A stretch of DNA of 64,000 nt from an uncultured Methanoregulaceae archaeon (GCA_963701095.1 OY969564.1:672001-736000), one strand, 5' to 3'; shown: positions 19,500 to 31,163, counted from the first letter of the stretch. Translations and numbers: made by a program. The notes: generated by a model from the letters alone, not told the origin.

Positions 19500-20084
19500 T
19501 TAGTTTTCTCTGGTTCGCCGGATGAAGAGCACGGCACCCAGGAATCCGATAACGAGGACTACTGGGAATATTGCTGAAGGGAACTCTGGAATTGGCATTC
19601 CAATGACCTTCGCAGTATTCGAAGCACTGGCAGGATCCATAGGGTTTCCATCCTCATCATATCCGGCAAATGTACAGGAGCTCACCAGTTTTGTGCCTCC
19701 CGCAATTGTCCCCGAGATTTTGAGACCGGGGTACCCGCCAAATCCCCAACCCGGTCCACCCACCTCATTGCAAGTTACGGTATTCCCGCTAACACTACAA
19801 GTGACCAAATCATCCCACCCATAATCCTCCCAAGTGATATGCTTGATGTCTGGAGACAACAAAACCTCACCCCAAACGATGTGATCAACAGGACCACCTC
19901 CTCCGATGGTGTAGGTTATTGTATCCCCTACATGATACACAGATTTATCAGAAGACATTTGCACCTGCCACTCTTGAGCGAATGCCGGTGCACCAATACC
20001 AGACGCTAATGCTACAATACAAACAACACACAGGATGAATACAATCCTGCATCCAATCCTGACTTTATTTGTTGAAGTAACCAT
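19500..20084 (-). CDS. secreted PEF-CTERM protein
   Basis: Signal peptide, SDKSVYHVGDTITY (similar to the upstream domain of 18453-19472), IPEFPS-TM-RRTREN. Confidence 0.85.
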   Translation of the reverse strand: MVTSTNKVRIGCRIVFILCVVCIVALASGIGAPAFAQEWQVQMSSDKSVYHVGDTITYTIGGGGPVDHIVWGEVLLSPDIKHITWEDYGWDDLVTCSVSGNTVTCNEVGGPGWGFGGYPGLKISGTIAGGTKLVSSCTFAGYDEDGNPMDPASASNTAKVIGMPIPEFPSAIFPVVLVIGFLGAVLFIRRTREN

Positions 20085-20388
20085 GGTCTCTACCGTCCTC
20101 GATTCACCTCTCTGGCACTGGAGAAGGCAGAGGGGGTTAAAAACGCAGATTCTGGAACGGTGTCAGCAGGATGAATCTGAAAATATATCTTCTAAAATAA
20201 TACACTTATTAATATGCAATGCGCAGATGCATGGCGTTCTTATATAAAATGAAAAAGATTTTCTAAAATTTCATCCCGATTGAAACATGCTCATTCCTCA
20301 CTATTTGTTATTTACCAAAAATCAATCTATGAAAAAGTACATTTAATTGGGGTTAGAACTGCTATCCTCTAAAGTTAAGCTGGATGAA

Positions 20389-21075
20389 ATGTCGGCTAAA
20401 GACTATTATGCAATACTCGACGTTAAAAGAGATGCATCAGCCGATGAGATAAAAAAGGCGTATCGTACCCTTGCAGTAAAGTACCATCCTGATTTATGTA
20501 AAGATCCCGGCGCGGAGGAAAAATTTAAAGAAATTAATGAAGCGTACGCGATACTTAAAGATCCAACGAAAAAAAGATCCTATGATGAATTAGATAAAAT
20601 TGGAGGTACACCACCCAAGGAACCTCCTTGTTATACGGCCCAAAAGGAATATCCCCGTTATGCAAGTACCGAGGAAGTTCCTCTGTATAAACCGCCACGG
20701 GAAGACAAAAAACACCACGACTTCTCTCTAGAAGCTCCACTACTTTTTTCTTTCTTTGGAATTGGATTAAAAATGTTCGGCTTTACGCGGTACGTTACCT
20801 TTTTCTTTATCCCGATATTACCGATAGACCGGTACATATATTTCGTCGAAGATGATGGAAGGACCTTAACATTTTATGCGAAATTAAGCGTTCGTATCTC
20901 GCAAAGGATATGGCAGATAGCTGTTGGAATTTTCATAATATGGGTTATATTATGGATCTTTTTTTTCCATCTGGACCTGACAGCCATATACTCCTCTCTG
21001 CAAGCAATGATGAAATTTTTCCAACCGCACCGGGCTTTGCCACCGGGACGAAGATATGAGGCTCCCGGAATGTAA
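20389..21075 (+). CDS. J-domain protein with C-terminal membrane segments
   Basis: [42 protein letters not shown]; no G/F or Cys-rich DnaJ regions. Confidence 0.88.
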   Translation: MSAKDYYAILDVKRDASADEIKKAYRTLAVKYHPDLCKDPGAEEKFKEINEAYAILKDPTKKRSYDELDKIGGTPPKEPPCYTAQKEYPRYASTEEVPLYKPPREDKKHHDFSLEAPLLFSFFGIGLKMFGFTRYVTFFFIPILPIDRYIYFVEDDGRTLTFYAKLSVRISQRIWQIAVGIFIIWVILWIFFFHLDLTAIYSSLQAMMKFFQPHRALPPGRRYEAPGM

Positions 21076-21141
21076 GATAACGCTGCCGGATTAGTTTCAC
21101 GGCGCCCGGCTGCTTTTCATCTCCTCTTTCAACACACACTG

Positions 21142-21313
21142 ATGGATGAATTACCCCTATTCATCGTGCCTTGTGTCCTGCCGTCACTGTAAGCACGAAT
21201 GGACGTATATGGGTTCACGTCTCGCCAGTCTGAGACGATCCAGAAAACCGGTCAAGGTTCAATGTCCGAGATGTCATACGCGGATAATACTTGATGTGAA
21301 AAACGCTGTATGA
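21142..21313 (+). CDS. small zinc-ribbon protein (~56 aa), +1 frameshift near 21178
   Basis: Removing one C gives MDELPLFIVPCVCRHCKHEWTYMGSRLASLRRSRKPVKVQCPRCHTRIILDVKNAV*, with two CxxC knuckles. Confidence 0.6.
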
Positions 21314-21552
21314 TTAAACAAATCTCATCATAAGGCAGTCAATACCATCCTTTCCCATCTTACGCTGTCTTTTCCCACACACGGAACCAAGCCCGCGGTA
21401 TGATTGGATTCTTTCAATAACGCCAGTTTGGTATGTCGGCAACACATTCGTTTTTCCCATACTTCCGGGTTGGGAATCCAGATTGATAAAAAGAGAGTTG
21501 ATGATGTGAAAATGTCCTGTTTATAGACAGATGCAGAGGAATTAAAAAAAGA

Positions 21553-22271
21553 TTAGTTTTCCCTGGTTCTCTGGATATAGAACACGGCTCCAAATAATCC
21601 GATAATCATGGTCACAGGCAAGGCTGGTGACGGGAACTGGGGGCAGGTGTTTGGGACGACGTATATTGAATTGTTGCCGTATAGAGCAACGCACTGGGAT
21701 TAAACCCATTGACATCACCTAATGCAAAATTACGCACGACAAAGGACAGGGTGTTAGATCCGGCGTGAGGAGTAAAACTCGTGGAAAATGCTCTTGAATA
21801 ATCAGAATAATCGTTCGGGTTCACACCGTATACTTCTTCGGGTGAGGTGGTCGCGATTTGTACGCCATTCAGGTAGACATCTGCTGCATTGTCAGCAGTA
21901 AATGCAAGTTGAGCGGAGTTAATCGTGGCTCCTGACGGAATAGTGAAATTATCGTTGAATAACCTCCATTGGTTATCGGTACTCAATCCTTCCCGTGTCG
22001 CTGCGCTGGATATCCACACAGCACCAGACCCGAAGGGAGCCTGGGTAGGTAAATACCATGTTGATGCAATATCCGTTGAAGGAACCGCGGGATTCCAGGA
22101 GCCACCGTAATCTGCAGGATTCAGGGGACTTGATGGTTGTATCGTTGTATATCCAGCTGAAAGGGTACCTGTGCCACTCACGAGCACCAAGGTCTGCGCT
22201 GATGCCAAGGCCGGGAGAAGAGCAACAATTAATACACACAGAATAATACAGATTCTCGCATTGAATTTCAT
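21553..22271 (-). CDS. secreted PEF-CTERM protein with jelly-roll/lectin-like domain, -1 frameshift near 21638
   Basis: Signal MKFNARIC..ASA, GAVWIS, FTADNAADVYLNG, GSNTLSFVVRN; restoring one G gives PAPEFPSPALPVTMIIGLFGAVFYIQRTREN*. Confidence 0.85.
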
Positions 22272-22718
22272 AACACAAACACTCCAATATGTCGGTTTTC
22301 CCATCTTTTCAAGGAGGATATTTATAAGGATGCAATGCACCGGTGCATGGCATACCAGAGCAGGTTCTTATATCGCAAAAAGAAGCCCGGTTGAATTGAA
22401 GAGGGGTATACTTACCTGACTGAAACTGGTTTTGAAGGTGATGGCAATTAACTTATATTCTTTTTGAGCATTGGGTGATAGGTTTAGGCAAGAATTATTG
22501 AGTAGCAATCCGCACCCATTGCAAACCTTAACTCGTTTAAAGTTTAATGCATCTTTGTATGCCTGATATTAAACACCAAACGCATAAACTCCCGGATCGA
22601 TAGATGCATAAAATGCAAAGGGTATACATACGGCAGGGAAAACGGTATGTCCCGGTCGGCCGGTCGTGCAGGGATTGTGAATACCTGCAACGAGACTGAA
22701 AAACTTCAGGTGACAACT

Positions 22719-22934
22719 ATGGCAAACGATTTTTATAATACAAATTTTACAGGACGAAGAATCAACATAGATTTTGTGAAATGCTTCGGTTCTATACCAA
22801 TGTTTGAACGAATCGGGGAATTACAAAGAAACTGGCGTAAATACGGGAATATTCATTTTATGCTTTCTGGAAGAACTCATGCGTTTGTTGTGGGAAAGTG
22901 GTTTTTTATGTATATCATTGAAAGTTATCGGTAA
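22719..22934 (+). CDS. hypothetical protein (71 aa)
   Basis: ATG preceded by CAGGTGA; no recognisable motif. Confidence 0.35.
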   Translation: MANDFYNTNFTGRRINIDFVKCFGSIPMFERIGELQRNWRKYGNIHFMLSGRTHAFVVGKWFFMYIIESYR

Positions 22935-22985
22935 CATTCTGTTTTTTCGAAATATGATATCTTTTTGATTCGGATCACCTGTCGG

Positions 22986-23060
22986 GTTGTGCCCTGATTG
23001 TGGATAGAGGGTGAGGGATTAAAAAAAAGTTTAGTGTTCTCTGGATAGTGAACACCGCTC
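22986..23060 (-). pseudogene. orphan 3' relic of a PEF-CTERM gene (last codons, T-tract and downstream box)
   Basis: Minus strand GAGCGGTGTTCACTATCCAGAGAACACTAA (AVFTIQR..EH*), then a T-tract, then GTTGTGCCCTGATTGT, identical to 18403-18418. Confidence 0.65.
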
Positions 23061-23156
23061 GGTTCTGTCAAGTCTTCGACAGGTTATCATGTATGTCCGG
23101 TGTGAAATAATTCGAAACTGCTCACAACCTGTAAGAGCCCTCAAAAAAGATGTTTT

Positions 23157-23372
23157 TTATTTTTTCATAAAAAACTTTTTCGCCTTTGTCCCTTCAAAGG
23201 CAAAAACAATTATGCAGGACATCAAATACCAGAAGATAATACCAATTACCCAACTCCCAGCCGAATACGTGCTGAAAACGGTCTGGTAAAAGAAGAAGCT
23301 CAAGATTGCCACTATCACAATCGTAACAACTATCTTTCCTATCGTAGGTTTCAGGAAGTCCGTCCAAGTCAT
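23157..23372 (-). CDS. small two-TM membrane protein
   Basis: FLKPTIGKIV, two hydrophobic helices, basic tail. Confidence 0.65.
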   Translation of the reverse strand: MTWTDFLKPTIGKIVVTIVIVAILSFFFYQTVFSTYSAGSWVIGIIFWYLMSCIIVFAFEGTKAKKFFMKK

Positions 23373-23533
23373 AAAATAATCGTGTGTATCAAGGATTTAA
23401 AGTATATAAAATCCACCACTTTTTACATTTTTTATAACTACATTTTTACGAACCAGACATGAGAAAATCCACATAGTCCGGATTGATCGGTTTCGGCAGG
23501 CCTGGCAGTCAAATGAAAAGAGGGGCTGGTTTT

Positions 23534-23563
23534 GGGTCTCCCGCATGACCGCCCGGGAGACCC
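23534..23563. terminator. GC-rich hairpin downstream of the beta-propeller gene
   Basis: GGGTCTCCCG-N10-CGGGAGACCC, a perfect 10-bp stem; no adjacent U-tract on the minus strand. Confidence 0.35.
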
Positions 23564-23594
23564 TCAATTACCACGGGTCTATGAAGGGTCCCGC

Positions 23595-25790
23595 CTAAAT
23601 CCCTTGTGGTGCCGGATACATTACCTCGCTGGTGCCGGGAAGGGGAATCGTTGTGATTGTCGTGTTAATATCGTCAAACGAGTTTGCCTTGATCTGTTTT
23701 GCTGACATCGTATAGAGAACATTGCCAATATAGAGAGAACGTGTGACATCGGCGGGTGAGGACCCGTAATAATAGTAGCCGTATTCACCGGTCCCGTGCT
23801 GGACTGTTCCCCTGAGGGTAAAGCCGGTACCCGGGGTGACGCCGAATACATATGCCCCATACCAGACCTGCTGCTGATTGTTGTAATAATTCCCTTTTAT
23901 TACCTGGGATGAAGATACCGCCGCGACCGGGATCACAAGGAGGTTCTTTGCCTGGTCAAAGAGGAACGCATGGGGGTCCGTGAGTGCTGCCGAATCGGAG
24001 CCTGCGTCACCGATCTGCACTTTGGCAAGTTGTTGGGGGTTTGAGACATCAGACACATCGTAGAGAGCCAGCTGGATCCCGCTTGTCGAGACACTGCCCC
24101 AGTCATCGGTCGCCGTCTGTTTACCAATGCCGATGAGATGTGTCGTGTCATATGGGTACAGGTAATCGGAATACCCGGTGACATTGAGTTCCCCGAGAAT
24201 CTTCGGCGTCTCCGGTGTCGAGACGTCGATAACAAACAGAGGGTCTATCCGGTTAAAGGTCACCATGTACAGCCGGTCGCCAATGAACCGGGTCGCATAG
24301 ATCGATTCCTGTTCTGCAACATGGGTTAAAGAACCGGTGGTGTTCATGTTCCCGTCAAGTACATACACATTGTTGTAGGTGTACTCGCCTGCCGATGTTG
24401 AGATGCTCGACGTAGTCGCAAGGCGGAGGTTGTTGTTGTATTCATCCATTGAGTACTGGTTGTCGAGCGTTCCCTGCACTTCACCTTCTGCGACATAGGT
24501 AATTGTGCCATCCCGGAGGGCGATCTTATGGATAACGGTGGTAGTCTGGTCGGCTTCCTTCAGCTGGATCACCTCCTGCTCAGCGTTCCGGAGACTATTG
24601 AGGATCGCCTGCCTCTGTGCATCGGTCATGGTATTGAAGTCGGAGGGGACTGGAGCGAGGGGGACTGCCGTGTTTACGGAGTATGACACTCCTGACGATG
24701 ATGATCCGGGCGCGTTCACCGGAGCCGAAACTCCGGCCGATCCGCTCGATCCCATACCCCCGCTGGCGACACCCGGCTGAGGCGGAATACCGTTACTGCT
24801 TACACCCTGCTCCGGGTAGATCACCGGGTGATATTTCTGGTAACTCACGTACATCGCATCGGGCGATACATAGAGAATATTCCCGGTTCCAAGGAGGTAC
24901 GTCTGGGCGTCTATCTCGTTCCCGCTTACTGCGTCAAAGGAGGTGATGGTGGTAAACGTATACTGGGATTCAGGGTAGTCGAAATACCAGACATCGGGCT
25001 GGACAACGGTCGTGGTCCCTTCGCGGAGAGCAGGGACGACTACCTGGTCACTGGCGTAGGGATAGATCTGTTCCTGGGTGACCATGTACACGGTTGAGCC
25101 AATCATCCGGGCGTCAATATAATCTCCGTCCATTGTGTAGTCCTTTATTACTTTGGGGTTTTTCCGGTCACTGATATCGTACATACGTGCGTGCGTGGAC
25201 GGTGAACTATAACCCACGGGCTGTGCCACTATCATCGGCCCGGAGGCTGGCTGGGCACTCCCCGGGGGTATTGCATTACCCGTTGTTTCCGTTGCCGTGG
25301 TGAAGAGCACAAGGCGGTCACCGGTAACAAAGATATCTTTTGGCGTGTCGGTAAGAGCGGTTGTTGAAACAACCGATGCACCCGCTGCCGGGTAGGCATC
25401 AATAATGACGAGGGATGACCCGGATATCGTGTAAATATACGTACCATCATTTTTTATGATATCCGGTTCATCGACTCCGGCAACCTGAACATTCGTCTGT
25501 GAGTACCCGACAGTACCAGACAGGGCCGGATTCCCCTGCGTCGCCGGTTGCGCGACATTCACGCCGGTGCTCGTCCCGGTTGAGGAGGACTGGCCAGACG
25601 GGTTTCCGTTCTGCTGCGCTACGGCCATCGAAGTCCGGAGATACTGCTCTATATCGGCTGTCGAGTTGAACTTTTTCAGATCGGACGTAACAGGGTGAGT
25701 GGTCACCGGGGTGCTTACGCAACCTGTCGCAAAGACTGCGATAAGAATAAGCGAAACACAGAATACAGGGATGTATATTCTAGATGACAT
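23595..25790 (-). CDS. secreted beta-propeller domain protein (Beta_propel family), probable lipoprotein
   Basis: FATGC lipobox, YSQTNVQVAGVDEPDIIKNDG, NQYSMDEY..LRLATT, ESIYATRF.GDR.YMVTF..IDPLFVID, GYSDYLYP. Confidence 0.9.
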   Translation of the reverse strand: MSSRIYIPVFCVSLILIAVFATGCVSTPVTTHPVTSDLKKFNSTADIEQYLRTSMAVAQQNGNPSGQSSSTGTSTGVNVAQPATQGNPALSGTVGYSQTNVQVAGVDEPDIIKNDGTYIYTISGSSLVIIDAYPAAGASVVSTTALTDTPKDIFVTGDRLVLFTTATETTGNAIPPGSAQPASGPMIVAQPVGYSSPSTHARMYDISDRKNPKVIKDYTMDGDYIDARMIGSTVYMVTQEQIYPYASDQVVVPALREGTTTVVQPDVWYFDYPESQYTFTTITSFDAVSGNEIDAQTYLLGTGNILYVSPDAMYVSYQKYHPVIYPEQGVSSNGIPPQPGVASGGMGSSGSAGVSAPVNAPGSSSSGVSYSVNTAVPLAPVPSDFNTMTDAQRQAILNSLRNAEQEVIQLKEADQTTTVIHKIALRDGTITYVAEGEVQGTLDNQYSMDEYNNNLRLATTSSISTSAGEYTYNNVYVLDGNMNTTGSLTHVAEQESIYATRFIGDRLYMVTFNRIDPLFVIDVSTPETPKILGELNVTGYSDYLYPYDTTHLIGIGKQTATDDWGSVSTSGIQLALYDVSDVSNPQQLAKVQIGDAGSDSAALTDPHAFLFDQAKNLLVIPVAAVSSSQVIKGNYYNNQQQVWYGAYVFGVTPGTGFTLRGTVQHGTGEYGYYYYGSSPADVTRSLYIGNVLYTMSAKQIKANSFDDINTTITTIPLPGTSEVMYPAPQGI

Positions 25791-25966
25791 AGACTTGGAT
25801 GGATATTGGCAGAGGGTATCATCAACTTACTGTTAACTACGAATATTTTCTTAGTCATCGGGCAGTAAGGTTCTGTTCCATCGTTGTGGGGTGATACATG
25901 TCGGTTGTTCGATCTTCAAACAAAAGTCCGATAATAATATCTCCTTGCATAACAAAAAGGCGCTTT

Positions 25967-26458
25967 ATGAACCGCAATCAATGGATTATTGGTTGTATAT
26001 TAATAGCCCTCCTCATTGGTTATATGATTTTTGAGAAGGGGGTCACAAATCAGGGAATCAGGGGAATACTTCCCAATTATATTTTAATTTCAACGGCAAT
26101 TTTTACGGTCACATTTGTTGTATATATCCTGGGACGGCAAATTTTCGAAGAGCTTGAACACGAATTAGGGGAGGCTTACGCAGAGATTAATCACAGAAAT
26201 TTGGTTCATTCTGTATTAAACAAGGTAGATCGTAATAGAAAGATGTCAAAATCGAATAATTTGGTTTTCATTTTTTCAATGCTTTGTATTATTTCAAGTA
26301 TTTTGGCGCTTATTTTTAGTAATTTAACTGAAGATTCCAGTAATGCCGCAATTATTCTGTTTTATTTGGCAACAATTTTTGTTATCTGTTCAATATTTGA
26401 AATGCTTGCTTTAGCATGGAAACTTTCTTCAGTGGGGATCAAAAAACCTGATATTTGA
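25967..26458 (+). CDS. hypothetical four-TM membrane protein
   Basis: Four hydrophobic helices; visibly AT-rich. Confidence 0.6.
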   Translation: MNRNQWIIGCILIALLIGYMIFEKGVTNQGIRGILPNYILISTAIFTVTFVVYILGRQIFEELEHELGEAYAEINHRNLVHSVLNKVDRNRKMSKSNNLVFIFSMLCIISSILALIFSNLTEDSSNAAIILFYLATIFVICSIFEMLALAWKLSSVGIKKPDI

Positions 26459-26598
26459 GATGTGGAGGTATGTGCCCGGTTTACCGGTTCCTGTCCGTGA
26501 CATCCCTTATCGATGCACTTCTGGTTGTCTTCATCGCCATACTTATTGCTTAATAAAGACATATAAAAACGAAACGGATTCTCTTGAGTTGAAAATTT

Positions 26599-29500
26599 AC
26601 GATACCTGTTCTTTACGTCGACGACGAGCCTGCACTTCTGGATGTTGGCAAATTTTTCCTTGAGGAGACCGGCGAATTTACCGTAGTTACTGCATCATCC
26701 GCGTCTGTTGCTCTCGACCGATTAAAATCCAATGATATCAAAGCCATCGTTTCCGATTACCAGATGCCAGACATCGATGGTATCGAGTTCTTAAAACGGG
26801 TACGGGCAAAGGATAAGGCCATCCCGTTCATTTTGTTTACCGGCAGGGGCAGGGAAGAGATCGCTATCCAGGCATTTGAAAACGGTGCCGATTATTATCT
26901 CCAGAAAGGCGGGGATCCAACATCGCAGTTTGCCGAGCTTACCCATAAGATCAAGAGAGTCTGTCGATCACATCCGGGATGAAACACAGGTTGCCACTCT
27001 TAACCGTCTCTATTCAGTGCTTTCCGCATCAAACAAGGCTATCGTTCATATTCATGATAAAAAAGAACTGCTGACCGAGCTTTGCCGGATTGTTGTTGAT
27101 ATCGGTGGTTTTGCCATGGCATGGGCAGGTATCGTTAATGAAAAAACCCATATCATAGAACCCGTTTCCGCATGTGGTCATGTTGATCACTACCTCGATA
27201 ATATCTCAATATCGACTGATGATATACCCCGCGGACAGGGTCCGACCGGAACTGCATTCCGTACGGGAAAATTCAGTGTCTCTAATGATATCGAACACGA
27301 TCCTAAGATGGCACCGTGGCGCAAAGGTGCACTTGACCGGGGCTATCGTTCACTTGCCGCATTCCCCTTCGCACTTGATTCCAAAAATGCCGGGGTTATT
27401 ACCTTCTATGCCTCCGAACCGGGGTTTTTTAACGACCAGATCATCCGGCTTCTTGAAGAACAGTCCGGGGATATCTCGTTTGCCCTCATTACACTTGATC
27501 ATGAAGAGAAACGAAGAGCTGCCGAAAATGATCTGAAAAAGTCCGAACTTCAGTACCGTCGGTTGTTCGAGACAGCACAGGATGCGATTCTGATTCTTAA
27601 CGGAGTTTCCGGTGAAATAATCGATGCGAATAAGTTCATCATCGATATGCTGGGATATCCGCTGGAGTACTTTAAAGGAAAACATCTCTGGGAGCTTGGC
27701 TTTCTTAAAGACAAAACCCTTGCACAGGACGCGTTTCTGAAGCTGAAAACGGACGGGTATATCCGGTATGAAGATATCCCTCTTGAAACAAAACAGGGCA
27801 GGGAGATGCGCGTGGAATTTGTCAGCAATGTCTACCTCGTAGACGATAAGCCGATTATCCAGTGCAATATCAGGGATATCACCGAACGAAAACAGACAGA
27901 GGATGCACTGCGCGAGAGCGAGAACCGATATCGCGACACGTTTGATCTCAACAACGCGGTCATGCTCATTATCAACCCGGAGACCGGCAGCATCGTTGAC
28001 GCAAATTCTGCAGCAAGCCGTTACTACGGTTATAGCCATGAGGAATTTTCCCGGCTAAAGATCATGGATATTAACATTGCTAAACCGTCGACCATAAAAA
28101 GTGATATGTCTGCAGCTCTGGGAAATCATGGTGAACTTTTCACGTTCCGGCACAGGAAAAAGAGCGGGGAGATCCGCACGGTCGAAGTGTTCAGCGGACC
28201 AATCATGTTCGATGGCAAACAATTTCTCCATTCGATCATCCATGATGTGACCGAGCGCAATCGGGCAGAAGTTGCACTCAAGGAAAGCGAGAAGAAATAC
28301 CGTTCCCTGTTTGAACAGATGCTTGAGGGATTTGCCTACTGCCAGATGATCTATGATGAGAAGGGCCAACCCGCTGACTGGGTATACCTGAATGTGAATA
28401 CCGCCTTTGAGAGGATCACCGGCCTCGAAAATATTACCGGAAAAAGGGTTTCGGATGTAATACCGGATATCCGTAAACAGACACCTGAGCTCTTTGATAT
28501 TTATGGCCGGGTGGCATCCACAGGGATACCAGAGACGTTTGAGATCAATTTTAAACCCCTGACCTTGTGGCTAAGAATCTCCGTCTTCAGCCCGGAGAAA
28601 GGCTATTTCGGTGCGATCTTTGAGGATATCACGGTGCGCAAACGGACTGATGAAAGACTCAACCATCTTGCGGCCATAGTCACTTCATCAGAGAATGCTA
28701 TAATCGGGAAGACTCTGGAGGGTATCATCACTTCATGGAATGCCAGTGCCGAGAGGATCTATGGCTATACGGCAAGTGAAACCATAGGCAAACCGATCTC
28801 AATGCTGGTACCACCGGGTGAACGGGATGAAATCCCGATGATCCTGGAAAAGATCCGGGCCGGGGAGACGATCCGCTCCTTTGAAACAAAGCGCATGGCA
28901 AAAGACGGGAGGATTATTAACGTATCCCTGATAGTCTCGCCGATAAAGAACGATAAGGGGATCATCACGGGGGCATCGACTATTGGCCAGGACATCACCG
29001 AACGTAAACATGCAGAGAATGCCTTGGCGCTTGCAAACAGGAAACTGAATCTTTTATCGGGCATTACACGGCATGATATCCTTAACCAGCTTACGGCACT
29101 TAAAACATATATCGAGCTTTCCAAAGATATGCAGGATAAAGAAACGCTTGCAAAATATATCAGCACCGAAGAAAAAATTGCAGATACTCTTGAAAGACAG
29201 ATTAATTTCACCCGTGAGTACCAGGATCTTGGGGTGACCGTCCCGGTCTGGCAGAACGTACGGGTGTGTATCGAGAAAGCGGTAGCTTCGTTACCTATGA
29301 GGAATGTTACCGTGAAAATGGACTTTGTTGATTGCGAAATATTTGCCGATCTCCTCTTTGACAAGGTGTTTTACAACCTTATCGACAATGCCCTTAAATA
29401 TGGCGGTAATACGATGACGTTCATACGTATTTCGTCCTTTGTATCAGGGAAGGGCATAACGCTTGTGTGCGAGGATAATGGTGCGGGGATATCAGAAGAT

Positions 29501-29689
29501 GATAAAAAACACCTGTTCACCCGTGGTTTTGGCAAACATACTGGTCTTGGCCTCTTTCTTTCAAGAGAAATTCTTTCGATTACCGGCATAACCATTACAG
29601 AGAATGGGGAAGCCGGTAAAGGTGCACGGTTCGAAATCACGGTGCCAAAAGAGAATTATCGGGTTGTTGATCTTACGGTAAATACATAA
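26599..29689 (+). CDS. hybrid REC-GAF-PAS(x4) histidine kinase, +1 frameshift near 26957, start codon reads ACG
   Basis: (T)IPVLYVDDEP...SDYQMPDIDG REC domain, GAF (GQGPTGTAFRTG), PAS modules, ITRHDILNQ, HATPase. Confidence 0.88.
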
Positions 29690-30113
29690 TAGATTCAGGA
29701 CCATCTGCTCCAAATTCCAATATTAAGCCATTCTTTTAATTCACGGTCGGTTTTGAAATAATTCTCGTGTTTGTCACCTGGACGAGTGCTGAAAATTACT
29801 TCCGTGCATGTGCCTGCACTCGGGCAGCCAGCACATTCATGTGAGCATGTCTCTTTTATGGGTTTTTCGGGGAAATACCGTTCGTTTCCGTTGCCATGTA
29901 TTTTAACCGTGAATTTGAACGGTGATGTATTGTGAGTGCGATTAAAAAATCGTGGCTGTTTTCTATATTTTGGAACGTACGGTTCTGGTTAGGGTGTGGT
30001 ACTTTATCAGAGAATTATCAGATTTCCAACACGGGAAAACAGACGATCCCTCATCATCATATTAGAACAGCTAATACAAATATTAAAATAATATATGATT
30101 TATTTCTACTATT

Positions 30114-31163
30114 ATGTCTGGAAAAAAACCCACAATCCATGACATCTCACCTAAAACCGGATCCCCGGACGGTGGAACAAAAATCACGATCACAGGGACC
30201 GATCTTGAGGGAACTACGGATGTCCATTTTGGCGACACGAAGGGCACTGATTTGAATCTTGTGGATGACACCACAATCACGGTCAAGTCACCCCCCGGTA
30301 AGGCAGGCGGCGTTGATATCATAGTCACGAATTCACAAGGCACGAGCTCTTGCTCGGACAAGGATAAATTCACGTACACAACAACGAAGGATAACGATAC
30401 GGACTCCGATACCGGCTGTATCTGGGTGACTACGGATCCCCCGAAAGCCAGCATCCAGATGGATTGTTTGAATACTGATAAAACGACACCTGCAAAAATT
30501 GACGGCGTTAAGGCAGGATCCCGGACGGTTGGTGTTTCCCTTGCGCTGGATTCAGGTACTTACTACGCCACCAAAACCGTAAATGTTACGGCAAAATCGA
30601 TGACCTCAGTATCCTTTACGCTGCTAACCCCGACTAACAACAACAAGATCCTGCAGATCATTAGCTGGACGATCTTATCCCTAGCCGCATTTATCCTGAT
30701 AGCATTGTATGTAAAAATCTCTGGCATTCCCGGTTCTTCTCTTCCGGGAAACGGGTTACCCGATCTGATCAGAGTAATTGCATACCTTGCCTGTGCCGGT
30801 GGTATCGGCGGGGCTGCATTCAGTATCTATGAGCTCATCGCTCATCTCGGAGATGGGGATTTCTGCCTGAACTTCTTCTGGTGGTACATAGCCCGCCCTA
30901 TCACCGGAGCAGTGTACGGTACTTTTGCCTTTTTCCTCGTTGCCGGTGGATTTATCACATTATCCGGCGTGACCAATCCTGACATTTCGACTATGTTCAC
31001 GACAAAGACAGATATGTTCTACCTTGCCCTTGCGTTCCTTGCCGGGTATTCCGAGGAAGCTCTTTCCCTGAAACTCAAGGATATTGCAGAGGCATTGTTC
31101 AAGAAACCCAGCGACAAGGACGAAACAGTCCAGGGAAGTAAACAAACCAACAAACAACAATGA
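30114..31163 (+). CDS. IPT/TIG plus PEGA-like domain protein with C-terminal multi-pass membrane domain
   Basis: PTIHDISPKTG..DGGTKITITG (IPT/TIG), VTTDPPKASI (PEGA-like), AGGIGG...WWYIARPITGAVYG...LAFLAGYSE. Confidence 0.8.
   Translation: MSGKKPTIHDISPKTGSPDGGTKITITGTDLEGTTDVHFGDTKGTDLNLVDDTTITVKSPPGKAGGVDIIVTNSQGTSSCSDKDKFTYTTTKDNDTDSDTGCIWVTTDPPKASIQMDCLNTDKTTPAKIDGVKAGSRTVGVSLALDSGTYYATKTVNVTAKSMTSVSFTLLTPTNNNKILQIISWTILSLAAFILIALYVKISGIPGSSLPGNGLPDLIRVIAYLACAGGIGGAAFSIYELIAHLGDGDFCLNFFWWYIARPITGAVYGTFAFFLVAGGFITLSGVTNPDISTMFTTKTDMFYLALAFLAGYSEEALSLKLKDIAEALFKKPSDKDETVQGSKQTNKQQ

Noticed and set aside
21314..21500. Minus-strand short ORF after the zinc ribbon
   Set aside because: No convincing start signal or motif.
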